From assembly GCF_001194135.2 (NCBI RefSeq), contig NC_068996.1:36490362-36554361 (forward strand): a DNA stretch of 64,000 nt. The letters are read 5' to 3'. Origin of the DNA: Octopus bimaculoides (taxonomy: Eukaryota). A program made the translations under genes and the position numbers. Below are positions 27,332-41,926 of the stretch, piece by piece; the stretch's first letter is position 1; every line of letters begins with the position of its first letter. Below the pieces are notes generated by a model, which did no database searches, was not told the origin of the DNA, and saw only the letters and a program-made list of their open reading frames with translations.

Positions 27332-28574
27332 TACATCTATGCTTTTGCATACAAAACTAGATATGCATATGTACTGCTACTCAGAAGAAAGAAAAATAGA
27401 TATGTTTTATATTAAGATGGAAAGAATTAGGAAAATGGTGCCAAAATTCCAAACCTTCAATTACTAGTTTTGAAAGTTTTTCTCTTGTGCTTCATATGTG
27501 ATATAACTTCTGTTAATCTTGCCTTTTTTGTTCAATTACTGACTAGATTCGTATGTTCCAATTTCTTACTTGCACCATTCAGTGCCAATAAAACTTACAA
27601 TAAAGCAGTTTTGGTGCCAAAAAGAACAACCTTGTACTTGAATGGTGAAAGTTAGCAAAAAGCACTGGAAGTACTTTTGTTTACAGAGATGTATCTATCC
27701 CAGAAGTGAGAGAAAAAAATAGCTGATGAAGCATTTACTGAATAACTTCTGCTTTGCTGCTTCCAAAATATTGTTAACCATTTTCTAAAAAGCATCATTC
27801 ATTTGTACAATTTCACTTTAAAAAAACTATTTGTGTGTGTGTANNNNNNNNNNNNNNNNNNNNNNNNNNNNNNNNNNNNNNNNNNNNNNNNNNNNNNNNN
27901 NNNNNNNNNNNNNNNNNNNNNNNNNNNNNNNNNNNNNNNNNNNNNNNNNNNNNNNNNNNNNNNNNNNNNNNNNNNNNNNNNNNNNNNNNNNNNNNNNNNN
28001 NNNNNNNNNNNNNNNNNNNNNNNNNNNNNNNNNNNNNNNNNNNNNNNNNNNNNNNNNNNNNNNNNNNNNNNATATATATATATATATATATATATAAATT
28101 ATAGTTTGAATGGAGACAATACATATGGAAAACCACAGGAACAATACCCCATCTCCGACAAAAGATTTAATATACATGTGTGTGCATATCCTCCTTGAAT
28201 CAATAATTATACACAATTCTCAGTAGCAAAAATACCAAATGAAATAAAGTAAAATAATATAATATGATAAAATAAAATGAAAGTACTCAGGCAGATAAAA
28301 ACATGTAAACTTCAAAAATATAATGAATGTTTAAAAATATTAAAAATATTTATAAGTATTCATAATTTCCGAGCCATATAAAAATATTATCCAATATATG
28401 ACGATGTAATACGAAACGTAAATCTTCAGTATGATATAACATATAGTGAATAAATATATACGATATGATATTACAAAATTTATATGTATTATATTATAAG
28501 AACATGTACAATGCAGAAAATAGATATAATATACACTATAACGAAGAAATATGAACTTAAATAAGTTGTATAAG

Positions 28575-28990
28575 CATTAGGTGGCGGTGTAAGAAGCTTG
28601 CTTCCCAAACATATGGTTCCAGGTTCAGTCCCACTGAAAGGCACCTTGGACAAGTGTCTTCTGCTATATCCTCAAGCAGAACCAAAGCCTTGTAAGTGGA
28701 TTTCGTAGACGGAAACTGAAAGAAGCCCATCATATACATATGTATATATATATGTGTGTGTGTGCATGTGTATTTAAGTGTGTGTGTCTTTGTGTCTCTG
28801 TTTGTTCCCATATCATCGCTTGAATAACTAGTATTGGTGTGCTTACATCCCCGTAACTTAGTGGTTTGGCAAAAGATACTGATAGAATAAGTACTAGCCT
28901 TACAAAGAATAAGTTCTGGGGTCGATCTATGTGACTAAAGACCCTTTCAGGTAGTACTCCAGCATGGCCACAGTCAAATGACTGAAACCC
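28575..28990 (+). mobile_element. SINE family A
   Basis: Full head-core-tail homology. A second isolated tail copy lies at about 29108-29150. Confidence 0.85.
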
Positions 28991-29149
28991 AGACTTATGT
29001 AGTTTAGAGTTGGATGATCAGGCATTGAATTGTCTGTTGTTGTATGTTCTAAGTGCAACACCCTAAGCATGAAGCCACACACCCGAACATGTCACATATT
29101 ACAAGGCAGTGCTCCAGCATGGCCACAGTCAAATGACTGAAACAAAAGA

Positions 29150-29187
<38 letters not shown>

Positions 29188-30237
29188 ATACATACACACA
29201 TATATACATATATATGCATACACACACATATACACATACATATACACACACACACACACACACGCGCATATATATGCACATATATACGAGATATTCTAAT
29301 CAATATAATATGAAATTTTTATCCCTACAGCCGTTTCCTTATCCAATTAGTTCAATTAGAGAAATTAAAGTAAATTAATTTAAAATTTTCAAATTGAAAC
29401 TGGTTTGGCATGATTACATACACACACNNNNNNNNNNNNNNNNNNNNNNNNNNNNNNNNNNNNNNNNNNNNNNNNNNNNNNNNNNNNNNNNNNNNNNNNN
29501 NNNNNNNNNNNNNNNNNNNNNNNNNNNNNNNNNNNNNNNNNNNNNNNNNNNNNNNNNNNNNNNNNNNNNNNNNNNNNNNNNNNNNNNNNNNNNNNNNNNN
29601 NNNNNNNNNNNNNNNNNNNNNNNNNNNNNNNNNNNNNNNNNNNNNNNNNNNNNNNNNNNNNNNNNNNNNNNNNNNNNNNNNNNNNNNNNNNNNNNNNNNN
29701 NNNNNNNNNNNNNNNNNNNNNNNNNNNNNNNNNNNNNNNNNNNNNNNNNNNNNNNNNNNNNNNNNNNNNNNNNNNNNNNNNNNNNNNNNNNNNNNNNNNN
29801 NNNNNNNNNNNNNNNNNNNNNNNNNNNNNNNNNNNNNNNNNNNNNNNNNNNNNNNNNNNNNNNNNNNNNNNNNNNNNNNNNNNNNNNNNNNNNNNNNNNN
29901 NNNNNNNNNNNNNNNNNNNNNNNNNNNNNNNNNNNNNNNNNNNNNNNNNNNNNNNNNNNNNNNNNNNNNNNNNNNNNNNNNNNNNNNNNNNNNNNNNNNN
30001 NNNNNNNNNNNNNNNNNNNNNNNNNNNNNNNNNNNNNNNNNNNNNNNNNNNNNNNNNNNNNNNNNNNNNNNNNNNNNNNNNNNNNNNNNNNNNNNNNNNN
30101 NNNNNNNNNNNNNNNNNNNNNNNNNNNNNNNNNNNNNNNNNNNNNNNNNNNNNNNNNNNNNNNNNNNNNNNNNNNNNNNNNNNNNNNNNNNNTATATATA
30201 TATATATTCATATATACATATGTTTACATATATACAA

Positions 30238-30430
30238 CTCGTGCGGGTGACACGTAAAAGCACCCACTACACTCTCTGAGTGGTTGGCGTTAGGAAGGGC
30301 ATCCAGCTGTAGAAACTCTGCCAAATCAGACTGGAGCCTGGTGTTGCCATCCGGTTTCACCAGTCCTCAGTCAAATCGTCCAACCCATGCTAGCATGGAA
30401 AGCGGACGTTAAACGATGATGATGATGATG
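30238..30430 (+). mobile_element. Family-C SINE-like element 3' part (ends in (GAT)n)
   Basis: 'gcacccactacactctctgagtggttggcgttaggaagggcatccagc...ggacgttaaacgatgatgat'. The 5' end is lost in an N-gap. Confidence 0.85.
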
Positions 30431-32384
30431 ATTATATATACCCAACAACTAATGCACTAATATATCCTACAACTATTATCACTACATAAAGCTGTGTCAG
30501 GTTAGCAGGAATAAAATGGTAATGATTCGAACTAAACATCTTAGTCTTTCAACATTCTGTTGTGGTTTACCATTTACCGTTCTTCCTTACATGTTCAGTG
30601 AAATAAGAACCAGTAAATAATATAGGTCGATAGTTTCAATTTAATGTACTTGTCTTCCTTAGAATTGCCGTAGTCTTGTGCCAATCTAAAAATGTCAATA
30701 CGACTTATCACATGTTTATTTATTAGCAAATGTTTATATCAGAAACCGCAAATCTGTGAGCATTATAGAATATAAAACGAGATGTCGTAACAGAATTTGG
30801 TGCAAGTGTACTAAAGAATCTCGCTGTAATCTTGCCACTATTATTCCGTGGCATCATTCCAAGAGTTTACTTTTAGCAATCGACTCAACACAGCAGTAGT
30901 TTTCATCAATGAAAGCTTCTTAGCTTTCCAAACACCATAATTACAGAAACACTCCAGAGCTTAGATATTCTTACAAATAGTTCTTTCTTTCTTAATTCCT
31001 GCAAGAGAAGATTTGTATGTATTTATGTATGTACGGATGTATATCAGAATCCTCTCTGGTACTATTCTCTGGCATTGTGCCATATTGTTTCGGTGAAATA
31101 AACCGCACAATAATCTACGTGTTTACTACAACTTATTTCCGTGATCCTTCACCTACTTCTTTAAAGTTGACCAGAGATAATTTACATAATTAGCTAGGAT
31201 TAAAGAATTAATTTTCTTACAACTATCTGAGATTAATTCTTCCAAATTAATTGCTCTCATGATATCTCTTTGGAATTGTGCCTTACTGTTGTAAATATTT
31301 CCACACTGAAATCGGTTAACTACTGAAACATTACTACAATATTCTTGTATCTACTTTTGTTATTATCATCATCATTGCTATCGTTGTTGTTGTTGTTATT
31401 ACATACACTGAGCAGAATGCTTCGCAGTATTTTGTCCATCTTTACATTCTGAGTTCAAATTCCACCAAGGTTGGCTTAACCTTTTATCTTTTAAGGATCA
31501 ATAAGACAAGCACCAGATGAGTACTGGGGAAGATGTAATAAATCTATCCACTTCCCCCAAAATTTGAAACCTTTATTATTATTATTATTATTATTAGTTA
31601 TATGCAGGACGGATCCGGCTGTCAGGTGAATCCACAGTGAGGATTGCCCTGCTGCCCTCCTTTGGCCTGGAGGGGCAGGCAATTTTTATGTGTCTAGTGG
31701 CTGTAGTGAAAGAGGTAGTATGGTGGACTCGTTTAAAACAGCTTAAGTCACACTCCTCTTTGGCCAAACCCTCATCAACTTTTTCAAGTTTCATTTGAAG
31801 AGGAAAGGGGTTGGGGGAAGTGTTACTTTCTGGCAAGTTTATTGAAAGGTGGGTGAATGTTGGAAGAATGGTCATTGTAAAAGAACCAGTTCTGAGCATA
31901 CACCTGTAAAAAAGGAAACTAAAGGAGAAGGGCTCTTGCCATGCTGATCAGGCAGCCATGGCTTTTGTGGGCTTTTCCACAAGGACCTTAAAGCACCTCT
32001 CCCTATTGGGAGATGTTTTTTGTTTTGTTTAATTTTCATGTTATTTGCTTTGTACACGATTTGATAACACATTGTATCGTCTTGTGTTGTCGTTTATATT
32101 TGTACCATGTCCTTTAATATATCTTTATATTAGCCCTTGTGGTCAATAAATTATTATTATTATTATAGATGTTGCACAGTATATAATATTGTGAGGCTGT
32201 TGATTGAAGTTATTGCGTCTACCAGGGGTTTGTACTGTTTGTCAAGACACAACAAGGACCTCAGACAGACAGTACTTTACGCAATATGCGTGCAGTTCCA
32301 AGTAATGCTGACTTTTGAAATATATCTAGATTGTAGGGTATCTCTAAGGTTTACAGATGTTTTTTTCAGATTGGGAGGATTATT

Positions 32385-32795
<411 letters not shown>

Positions 32796-33242
32796 ATTAC
32801 CGTGGCAGAGTCATTAGATGGTTAGATAAAATGTTGGACATTACTTGTTCCAGCTCTCTGGATACAACTACATCCTGATAAAGTACAAATCAAGTAAGCA
32901 CCTCATGTAATCAATAGTTTCCTTCTGCGCAAATGGCCTTGTGATGATGATGTTGGACACTATTGTCATCATCATCATCATCATCATCGACATCATTTAT
33001 TATTAAAGGCCGTGAGTTGGCAGATCAGACAAAATGTTTATCAGCATTTCGTTCCATTTTACATTCTGAATTCAAATTCCGCCGAGGTTGACTTTGCCCT
33101 TTCGTCCTTTCAAGATTGGTAAAAGAAGTACCAGTTCATGTACTGGGGTTGATGTAATCAACTTGCCCTTGCCCTAAAAATTACTGGCCTTGTGCCAAAA
33201 TTTGAAACCAACATTATTCATCATTATAATCATCATCATCAA

Positions 33243-33275
<33 letters not shown>

Positions 33276-34559
33276 TTAACGTCTGTTGTCCATGCTGGCA
33301 TGGGTTGGATGGTTTGACTGGGCTACCATGCTGGAAGGCTGCACCAGACTCCAGTTTGATTTGGCATGGTTTCTACAGCCCTTCCTAACAGGAATTATTA
33401 TTATTATTAGTTGTCAAAAATGCTGGCTAATTGTAGTAATACATAAATATGGATGGCAAATCAAATTAATACACTTGTCAATGTTATCTAGTCGTTGTCT
33501 TTTGAGATATGACATCTATCATCGTTTGTTACTGAAAGAACGCTGGTTCACACATACAAGCGATCACATACTTCCCTTGTACATGCACACACATACATAC
33601 ATATACTCACACAGAGTTGAAACGCTGTTTGATTTTTCTTTTCAGCGTTTGAATGTTCACCATCACACTTCCATTGCACACACGCACACACACACACACA
33701 CAAACATTCACATACCTCTTTTTTACATGCACACACTTATACTCACAGAGTTGAAATTCTCCCACTACCAGTTTGCCATCACCCCTTCCTTCCTTCCTTC
33801 CTTCCTTCCTTATTCATATGTTTTAACGGAGAAAAACACAAGAGTATTATAGTAGATTAGTAAANNNNNNNNNNNNNNNNNNNNNNNNNNNNNNNNNNNN
33901 NNNNNNNNNNNNNNNNNNNNNNNNNNNNNNNNNNNNNNNNNNNNNNNNNNNNNNNNNNNNNNNNNNNNNNNNNNNNNNNNNNNNNNNNNNNNNNNNNNNN
34001 NNNNNNNNNNNNNNNNNNNNNNNNNNNNNNNNNNNNNNNNNNNNNNNNNNNNNNNNNNNNNNNNNNNNNNNNNNNNNNNNNNNNNNNNNNNNNNNNNNNN
34101 NNNNNNNNNNNNNNNNNNNNNNNNNNNNNNNNNNNNNNNNNNNNNNNNNNNNNNNNNNNNNNNNNNNNNNNNNNNNNNNNNNNNNNNNNNNNNNNNNNNN
34201 NNNNNNNNNNNNNNNNNNNNNNNNNNNNNNNNNNNNNNNNNNNNNNNNNNNNNNNNNNNNNNNNNNNNNNNNNNNNNNNNNNNNNNNNNNNNNNNNNNNN
34301 NNNNNNNNNNNNNNNNNNNNNNNNNNNNNNNNNNNNNNNNNNNNNNNNNNNNNNNNNNNNNNNNNNNNNNNNNNNNNNNNNNNNNNNNNNNNNNNNNNNN
34401 NNNNNNNNNNNNNNNNNNNNNNNNNNNNNNNNNNNNNNNNNNNNNNNNNNNNNNNNNNNNNNNNNNNNNNNNNGGGGGGGGGGCATTGTAATCAACTTAA
34501 GTTCCTTCCCCCAAATTGCTGGCCTTGAGTCAAAATATGAAACTGTTACCATTATCATT

Positions 34560-35020
34560 AATAAGGTGGTGGTAATCTGGCAAAATCATTATTAGCTAAT
34601 CAGCAGTTTGTCCGTCTTTATGTTCTGAGTTCAAATTCTGTTGTGGTCAACTTTGCCTTTCATCCTTCCGGAGTCGATAAATTAAGTACCAGTGAAACAC
34701 TGGGGTCGATGTAATTGACTTGTCCCCCTCTCACAAAATTTCAGGCCTTGTGCATATAGTAGAAAGGATTATTATTATTATTATTATTATTATCATTATT
34801 ATGCAGGCGGTGAGCTGGTAGAATCGTTAGCATGCCAAGCCAGATGCTTAGTGGCATTTCATCCATCTTTACATTCTGTGTTCAAATTCCACCGAGGTCG
34901 ACTTTGCCGTTCATCCTTTCAGGGTCGCTAAAATAAATACCAGTTGAACACTGGGGTCATTGTAATCAACTCACCCTGCTCCCCCAAAATTGCTTGGCCT
35001 TGTGCCAAAATTTGAAACCA
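34560..35020 (+). mobile_element. Two tandem family-B SINEs
   Basis: Consensus 'ggcggtgagctggtagaatcgttagc...ggccttgtgcc'. Other plus copies lie at about 1540, 1880, 7720, 14481, 31410, 33005, 44560, 44830, 45020 and 57600. Confidence 0.85.
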
Positions 35021-35519
35021 TCGTCTTCGTCATCATCATCATCATTGTGAACATCGTTATTCAGTATTTTCACCTGAGTTTCTCATTTCAGCAGCAGGTG
35101 TATGTGTGTCCTTGAACGTGCAGTATTTGTTCTGTATTTTGTGTGGATGTGTGTTACATCTAGTGTTACATCTAGTGTTTCAGTGTTTGTAGGGTAGACA
35201 GAATGTGTTGCTTTGTTGTTACAGAGTGTCATTTATTCTTAATATGTGAGTATGTATTTCTGTAAAATATGTGTATATAAAGTGTGTGAGTAGAAAATAT
35301 GCACCGCATTGAACATGAGCTACATGGAATGTGTGCTGTGTAATGTGTGCATTTTTAAATGTGTGAAATGTGTGCTGCATGGAATGTTTCCTGTGTGGAA
35401 CATGAGCTGTGTTGATCGTAAGCTGTGTGGAATGTACATTTTGTGTGTGTGTGTAATGTGTGCTGCATGGAATGTATGCTGTATGGAATGTATGCTGTAT
35501 CAGACACAAAGCTAAATTA

Positions 35520-36190
35520 TGTATCTTTTGTCTTTTTATGCGTTACTTGCTTCAGTCGTTGAACCACAGCCATGCTGGGGCACCACCTTGAAGGGGTTTC
35601 AGTCAAACAAATCTAACCCCACCCCAGTACTTATTTTTTTTCCAAGTCTGGTACATATACTGTTCTTTTCTTTTGCTGAGCCCACTAAGTTACAGGAACA
35701 TAAACAAACCAACATCATTTGTCAAGTGGGGGGACAGAACAAACACAAGCACAAAGACACAAACATAAATATCGGAAACTGAAAGAAGCTCATCATATGT
35801 GTGCGTGTATGTGTATATATTTGTGTGAGTGTTTGTTACACCCCACCCCCACCATCACTTGACAGCAGGTGCTGATGTATATGCCTGTCACTTAGCGATT
35901 TAGCAAAAGAGTACTAGGTTTACATAGAATAAGTCCTGGGGTCAATTTCTTCAGCTAATGTGAGTGGGGTGGGGTCACATCCTTCAGCTAAAACCATTTA
36001 AGGTGGTGCTCCAGCAAGGCCACAGTCAAATGACTGAAACAAGTAAAAGAATTTTAAAAAAACGTCTACATATTATAAACGCACATACATATATGATGGG
36101 CTTCTTTCAGTTTCCATCTGCCAAATCTACTCAATGCTTTAGTTGGCCTGAGGCTATAGTAGAAGACACTTGCCCAAGGTGCCGCATTTG
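35520..36190. mobile_element. Three abutting family-A fragments in alternating orientation
   Basis: Minus (about 35520-35760), plus (about 35770-36050) and minus (about 36095-36190) segments, each matching family A domains. Confidence 0.7.
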
Positions 36191-36739
36191 GACACACTGA
36201 TGTCCCTCTAATTTTACACTTTGGCAAATTCTAGCTTCAAGGCCGTGGCCATGTTGGACCACCTAACTTTTGCCATTGTTTTGTCTTTTTAAACCCATAA
36301 ACCCAGTTTATAATATCAGTTCTTCTTTTCTTTTCATATGGTTTGGCAGAATCACTATCTGCATCTACTGTCACTCGATGCTTTTGTACTGGCTTGTTTC
36401 CTGTGTTTTTCTATCCTTTTATGCCCAAAGTGTTTGTGTACGAGATGCTGCCCATATCTGTTTTGAAAGCAAGGCGGGGACAGAATAGGTTGTACAATGA
36501 TATTGAGAGTAAGAGATGCCAATGTTGAACGTCTTGATATATTAAGTCAGATCTACACTATCTCGACTATTCATTCTTGTTTCTACTCTTCATCTTGTCA
36601 CTAATTAATGCTCTTCCAATCTAATACCTTTTATCTAATTGATACCTTAAGCTCATTCTGAGAATATATACATAATTATGCAACTTGCATGTATATATAA
36701 AGATTTGAGAAAATATGTATACATATATACATATATGTA

Positions 36740-36784
<45 letters not shown>

Positions 36785-37179
36785 ATATAGTAAATTAAGA
36801 CTGTTCTCTCTTTGATGTGTCCACACAATGAAATAAGAATATACTAAACTGAGTCGGTCTGGTATTTATTCCAGCCTTAGATCCATTATTTGGTTTCATT
36901 GATTCCTTTGTTCTGCTACATTAACAGACAATACAAGTTAAGGAAACGGCCACATCCTTGTATTAATAAAGCTTATATTGTTAATGTTGTTGTTGTAGCC
37001 ATTATTACTGTTGCTAGTATTGTTACTATTATTGGCTTCTTCAGACACAGAAACATCACCACAACCATTACCACTGCTGCCACCACCACCATCATCACCA
37101 CCACCACCACCACCACCACCACAACTCACTATCATCACCACCACTACCACTACTTCAACATGAACACAGTACATGCCAC

Positions 37180-37420
37180 ACTGTGGTACCTACTTACAGC
37201 TAAGTAGACTGGACTGTTGACAGGTGTGTTGGTCATGGACTCAGTACAGTGAAGTATATCACTGTGGTACCTACTTACAGCTAGGTGGACTGGCTTGTTG
37301 ACAGTTATGTGTGTTGTTTATGGACAGAGTACAGTGAACTACACCATACTGTGGTACCTACTTACAGCTAGGCAGACTGGACTGCTGACAGTTAATTGTG
37401 TTGGTCATGGACACAGCATT
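37180..37420. repeat. Three tandem 81-87 bp units
   Basis: 'actgtggtacctacttacagcta' recurs at 37180, 37261 and 37348. Confidence 0.9.
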
Positions 37421-37551
37421 GTGTCTGTGAATTACAAATAGCTGTCTTTGTTTTCAAGAAATGTTTTAATGAATTCTTAAAATAATGTTAATGAAGAATC
37501 CATTGTCTCTTAGAATTTGGACAGTTCATTCCGTTATTGTTTTAAATGTTG

Positions 37552-37598
<47 letters not shown>

Positions 37599-37686
37599 GT
37601 ATTACTGGTTTAATAGTTAAGGATAAATAAATAACAAAATAATAGATGTAATATTGTGATAACATCTGTATATTCACATACACACA

Positions 37687-37727
<41 letters not shown>

Positions 37728-37869
37728 GCACAGAGGCATGTTCACTGACATGCATACACACATACAAAGGTTATACATACAGATATATACACATACTTAC
37801 ACATGAACAAATGCACTGAGGTTCACACTAGCATACATACACATGCACACACACACACACTCTTTTATT

Positions 37870-38290
37870 CTTTTATTTTATTTCTTTTACTTGTATTAGT
37901 CATTTGACTGCAGCCATGCTGGAGCACCACCTTAAAGGGGTTTTAGTGGAAGAAACTGACCCTCAAGACTTATTTTTAACACCTAGTACTTATTCTATCA
38001 CACTCTTTTGCTGAACTGCTAAGTTACGAGGACCTAAACACACCAACGCTGATTGTCAAGTGGTGATGGGGGGCGAGCACAGACACAAAGACACATACAT
38101 AAATACATACATATATGTATATGTATACATACTAACAACAGGCTTCTTTCAGTTTCCATCTACCAAATCCTCTCAAAAGGCTTTGGTTGGCCCAAGGATA
38201 TAATAGAAGATACTTGCCCAAGGTGCCATGCAGTGGGACTGAACCCGGAACCATGTGGTTGGGGAGTAAGCTTCTTACCACACGGGCCAT
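37870..38290 (-). mobile_element. SINE family A
   Basis: Full homology to 53200-53612. Confidence 0.85.
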
Positions 38291-38362
38291 TACACACACA
38301 CATACATATATCGTAAATCTCATTTCTAGTAAAGAATATATGAAAGAGAAATAAAATAAATA

Positions 38363-38735
38363 AAAACGAGCACTCAGAGAGCACAAATCTCCGCCAAGGC
38401 AACACCAATATCCTCTCAACAATTAGTCAGAGATAATTTTTAAAATAAGAATATCTGAAATAAACTCGACTGCTCTCACAAACAAGAATACTAAAAATGA
38501 AACCAACGTTCTCAAAAATTAAGTAAAAAAAAAAAAAACAGAAAAAATAATCCAGAATCCTTGTCCAGTATCAGATCGATCCCAAAATGTAATCAGTTAG
38601 TGCCAGTCACGAGGCCAAACATCTCTGAAAGTTTCATCCAAATCCATCCTGCGACTTTTGAGATATTTTGTCCATGGACAAACAAACAAACACTACTGAA
38701 AACAATACTTCGCCTTCACTAAGGTAGAGGTAATA
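38363..38735 (+). mobile_element. Putative non-autonomous Helentron/HINE (DINE-1-like) element
   Basis: 5' 'aaacgagcactcagagagcacaaatctccgccaagg', internal (ACAA)n and a degenerate 3' hairpin 'cttcgccttcactaaggtagaggtaat'. This layout is typical of HINE-type elements (inference). Confidence 0.5.
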
Positions 38736-40092
38736 AATATAGGCAAAAGACTTCTCTCGTCTTGTCTAAACACTAATATTATATCTAATTACATGCAATT
38801 AGTGGAATTATCTCTGAACATTTCCAATTTCATATTTCTTTTCTTTTCTTTGTTTGCTTTTCTTTGGTGTTTTTTTTTTTGTTATTTTTCTTTTTGTTTT
38901 TGTTATTATTGTAAGTCTTTTAATTACGAACTTGAACAAAATGGTAAAGATCCAAAGGGAGATATCTCATGTGAAACAACACCTTTGTAACATATAAAGT
39001 TCTTATNNNNNNNNNNNNNNNNNNNNNNNNNNNNNNNNNNNNNNNNNNNNNNNNNNNNNNNNNNNNNNNNNNNNNNNNNNNNNNNNNNNNNNNNNNNNNN
39101 NNNNNNNNNNNNNNNNNNNNNNNNNNNNNNNNNNNNNNNNNNNNNNNNNNNNNNNNNNNNNNNNNNNNNNNNNNNNNNNNNNNNNNNNNNNNNNNNNNNN
39201 NNNNNNNNNNNNNNNNNNNNNNNNNNNNNNNNNNNNNNNNNNNNNNNNNNNNNNNNNNNNNNNNNNNNNNNNNNNNNNNNNNNNNNNNNNNNNNNNNNNN
39301 NNNNNNNNNNNNNNNNNNNNNNNNNNNNNNNNNNNNNNNNNNNNNNNNNNNNNNNNNNNNNNNNNNNNNNNNNNNNNNNNNNNNNNNNNNNNNNNNNNNN
39401 NNNNNCCACACGTGTGCGCGCGCACACTCTGCCTCCTCTTTCTCCGTTTCGGTAATGAGATTCGGTGCTTGTATAAGACATATTTTGTGACTGTGTTGTC
39501 GTTTATATTTTTATTATATAAATTGTTATCACCATCATCATCATCACCATCATCATCATCACCATCATCATCATCATTATCATTATCATTGCTAAAAATC
39601 TAGCCATAATAGTTATTTTTTGCTCTTTTAGTTTTTCTTTCACATAACAGACTTCAAGTTGTGTTTTCTTTTTTGTTTTTTTCTTTTGACTTTTTTTTTT
39701 AAATTGTTGCTACAAATGAAACCACAATAGTTAAAGAATCATGCTTATCTTCAAAACCACCACTCCCACCACTGTCGCCACTACTACTCCCACCATCGTC
39801 ACCCCAGCACTCCCACTGCTATAATCCCAACGCTCCCACAACCATCATTAGCATCATCACCGCTATCATCATCATCATTGTTATCATAATCATCATTATC
39901 ACCATCATCATTGCTGATGGTGTTGATGTCATCGTCATTGTTACGTTAAACATTTCTTCCATATTTGACAACATCAGGAATTGTAACATCCATTTCTTCA
40001 GATTGAAACGGTCAGAGATTGATTGAGGTCTGGAATATTTAGCAATGTCCACACACACACACACACACACATACCTCAGCCTTCCGTTACAT

Positions 40093-40942
40093 TTGAATGT
40101 CCTGAGAACCAACTTAAGCAGTTCTTCCCATGCTTTCTGTTCCACTCCCCTCCACCCCACCCTCCGCCATCCTGCACACACATATTGGTCAAAGAAATCT
40201 GAATACTAAGTCTTGTTTCCATAATTACTAAATATGAAGTGGTTCCTGGTAAGTTAGAATTATGACTGTACTCAGAGAGGACAGCTGCTTGAGAGTACTC
40301 TGAGAGGATAGCTAAGTGTATGTGATAATGGAAACTATTAAACAAACATTGTGATGCAATCAAAACTTTTATTTTTATTATTATTATTATTATCATCAAA
40401 TAATTCAATGTATTTTGAAGTATTTGAAATAGAATCGGGAGATTGTTAAATACTTTAAGTGCTTTCTATATTCTAGAAAAATACCCACTTTCAAGTATAA
40501 TGCTGCTGACATTAATTTAATTTAAAAGACTGGAGACTTGATGAAGCGAAGAGAATATGTTCTGTTTTTTCCATGGAGAGAAAGAAAGGATGTGTTAGAT
40601 TTTGAAATAGAAATGATGGTATGTTAAATTGAAACTCAGTGTTGCTGTGGTAATAATACTTACATAGAACACGGAACAAATTAATAGAATACTTGGGTAT
40701 TTAAATGGAACCCAGAGACAGAATACTGATTCACTTAAATAAGACACACTCATTGAAAGAGAGATATTTCAACAGCACTGTAATTTATTTAAACCCAGTT
40801 ATTTAGTTAAAATCTGTCGATAGAATGGTGATATATTCACATGGAATACGCATACAACTCCTTGGTTGTATATTTAAACAGAACCTAGTAATAGAATGAT
40901 GATTTAGTTAAATAGAACCAGACATAAAATGGTAATATATTT
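40093..40942 (+). repeat. Right arm of inverted duplication
   Basis: Colinear inverted homology to 22817-24021, roughly 85-90% identity by eye in the best blocks, with small indels. Confidence 0.9.
40234..40248 (+). CDS. Putative first coding micro-exon (MKWFL), right paralog
   Basis: ATG AAG TGG TTC CTG followed by GTAAGT (40249-40254). It is identical to the left copy inside an otherwise diverged duplication. The M-K-hydrophobic start is compatible with a signal peptide (inference). Confidence 0.4.
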
Positions 40943-41860
40943 AAGCCCAAAACTACAATAGAGGATGGTATTCTATTTTTTTAAAAATGCTCTCATATAG
41001 ATTTTTTGGTAGTGTTTGAAATAGAACCCAGGTATGATGGATATAACTTTGAAGGTAGACTTTTGTCATCATGGGTAATATCAGAAAATAAGCCATACAT
41101 ACTATAATTGTTATTTAACTTTTATCAAGTTTCTTGGTCATCATCATCATCATTTAACATCCATTTTCCATGCAACGGTTCGATGGTTTGACCAGAACTG
41201 GCAAGCAGGAGAGCTGCACCAGGTTCCAGTCTGATTTGGCCTGGTTTCTGCTGCTGGATGCTCTTCCAAGTGCCAAACACTTCACAGTGTATACTGAGTG
41301 CTGTTTATGTGGTACTATACAAAATGAATACTAATTTTCAAAAGAAAAATATTCATTGCCTTAAAATTAACATGCGTATGTCTATACATATATGTGTGTG
41401 TATATGCTTGTTTATTTGTGCATAAATATATGTATACATGTGTACATGAATATCTGCGTATGTGTATGTGAGTTTTATTTTGTGTGTCTACACACACACA
41501 TATTTGATATTACTGAATGTGTCTGCATTTATTATCATTTTACCTAATACAAATATATTTCTCTGCCTACATTTAATACAAAGATATTTTTATTTATACT
41601 TATTCGTTTCATATGACTCGCCATTGTTTCACACTTTGAACTGTTTAAATACCCATTCAATTGATGATTCTCTTCTTTATTTCACCATTTTCATTGTTTT
41701 TCAAATAACTTTTCAAGTATGATATGCTTTAATTTCTTCCATAATACATTTACGATTGACTGTTTCCCCACCTCAATCTCTCTCTCTATCAATCACTTTC
41801 TCCCTTACTCTTTCTCTCCTCTACCGTTCACCTTCTCCACTCTCGATCTCTTTTTTCTCT

Positions 41861-41926
<66 letters not shown>

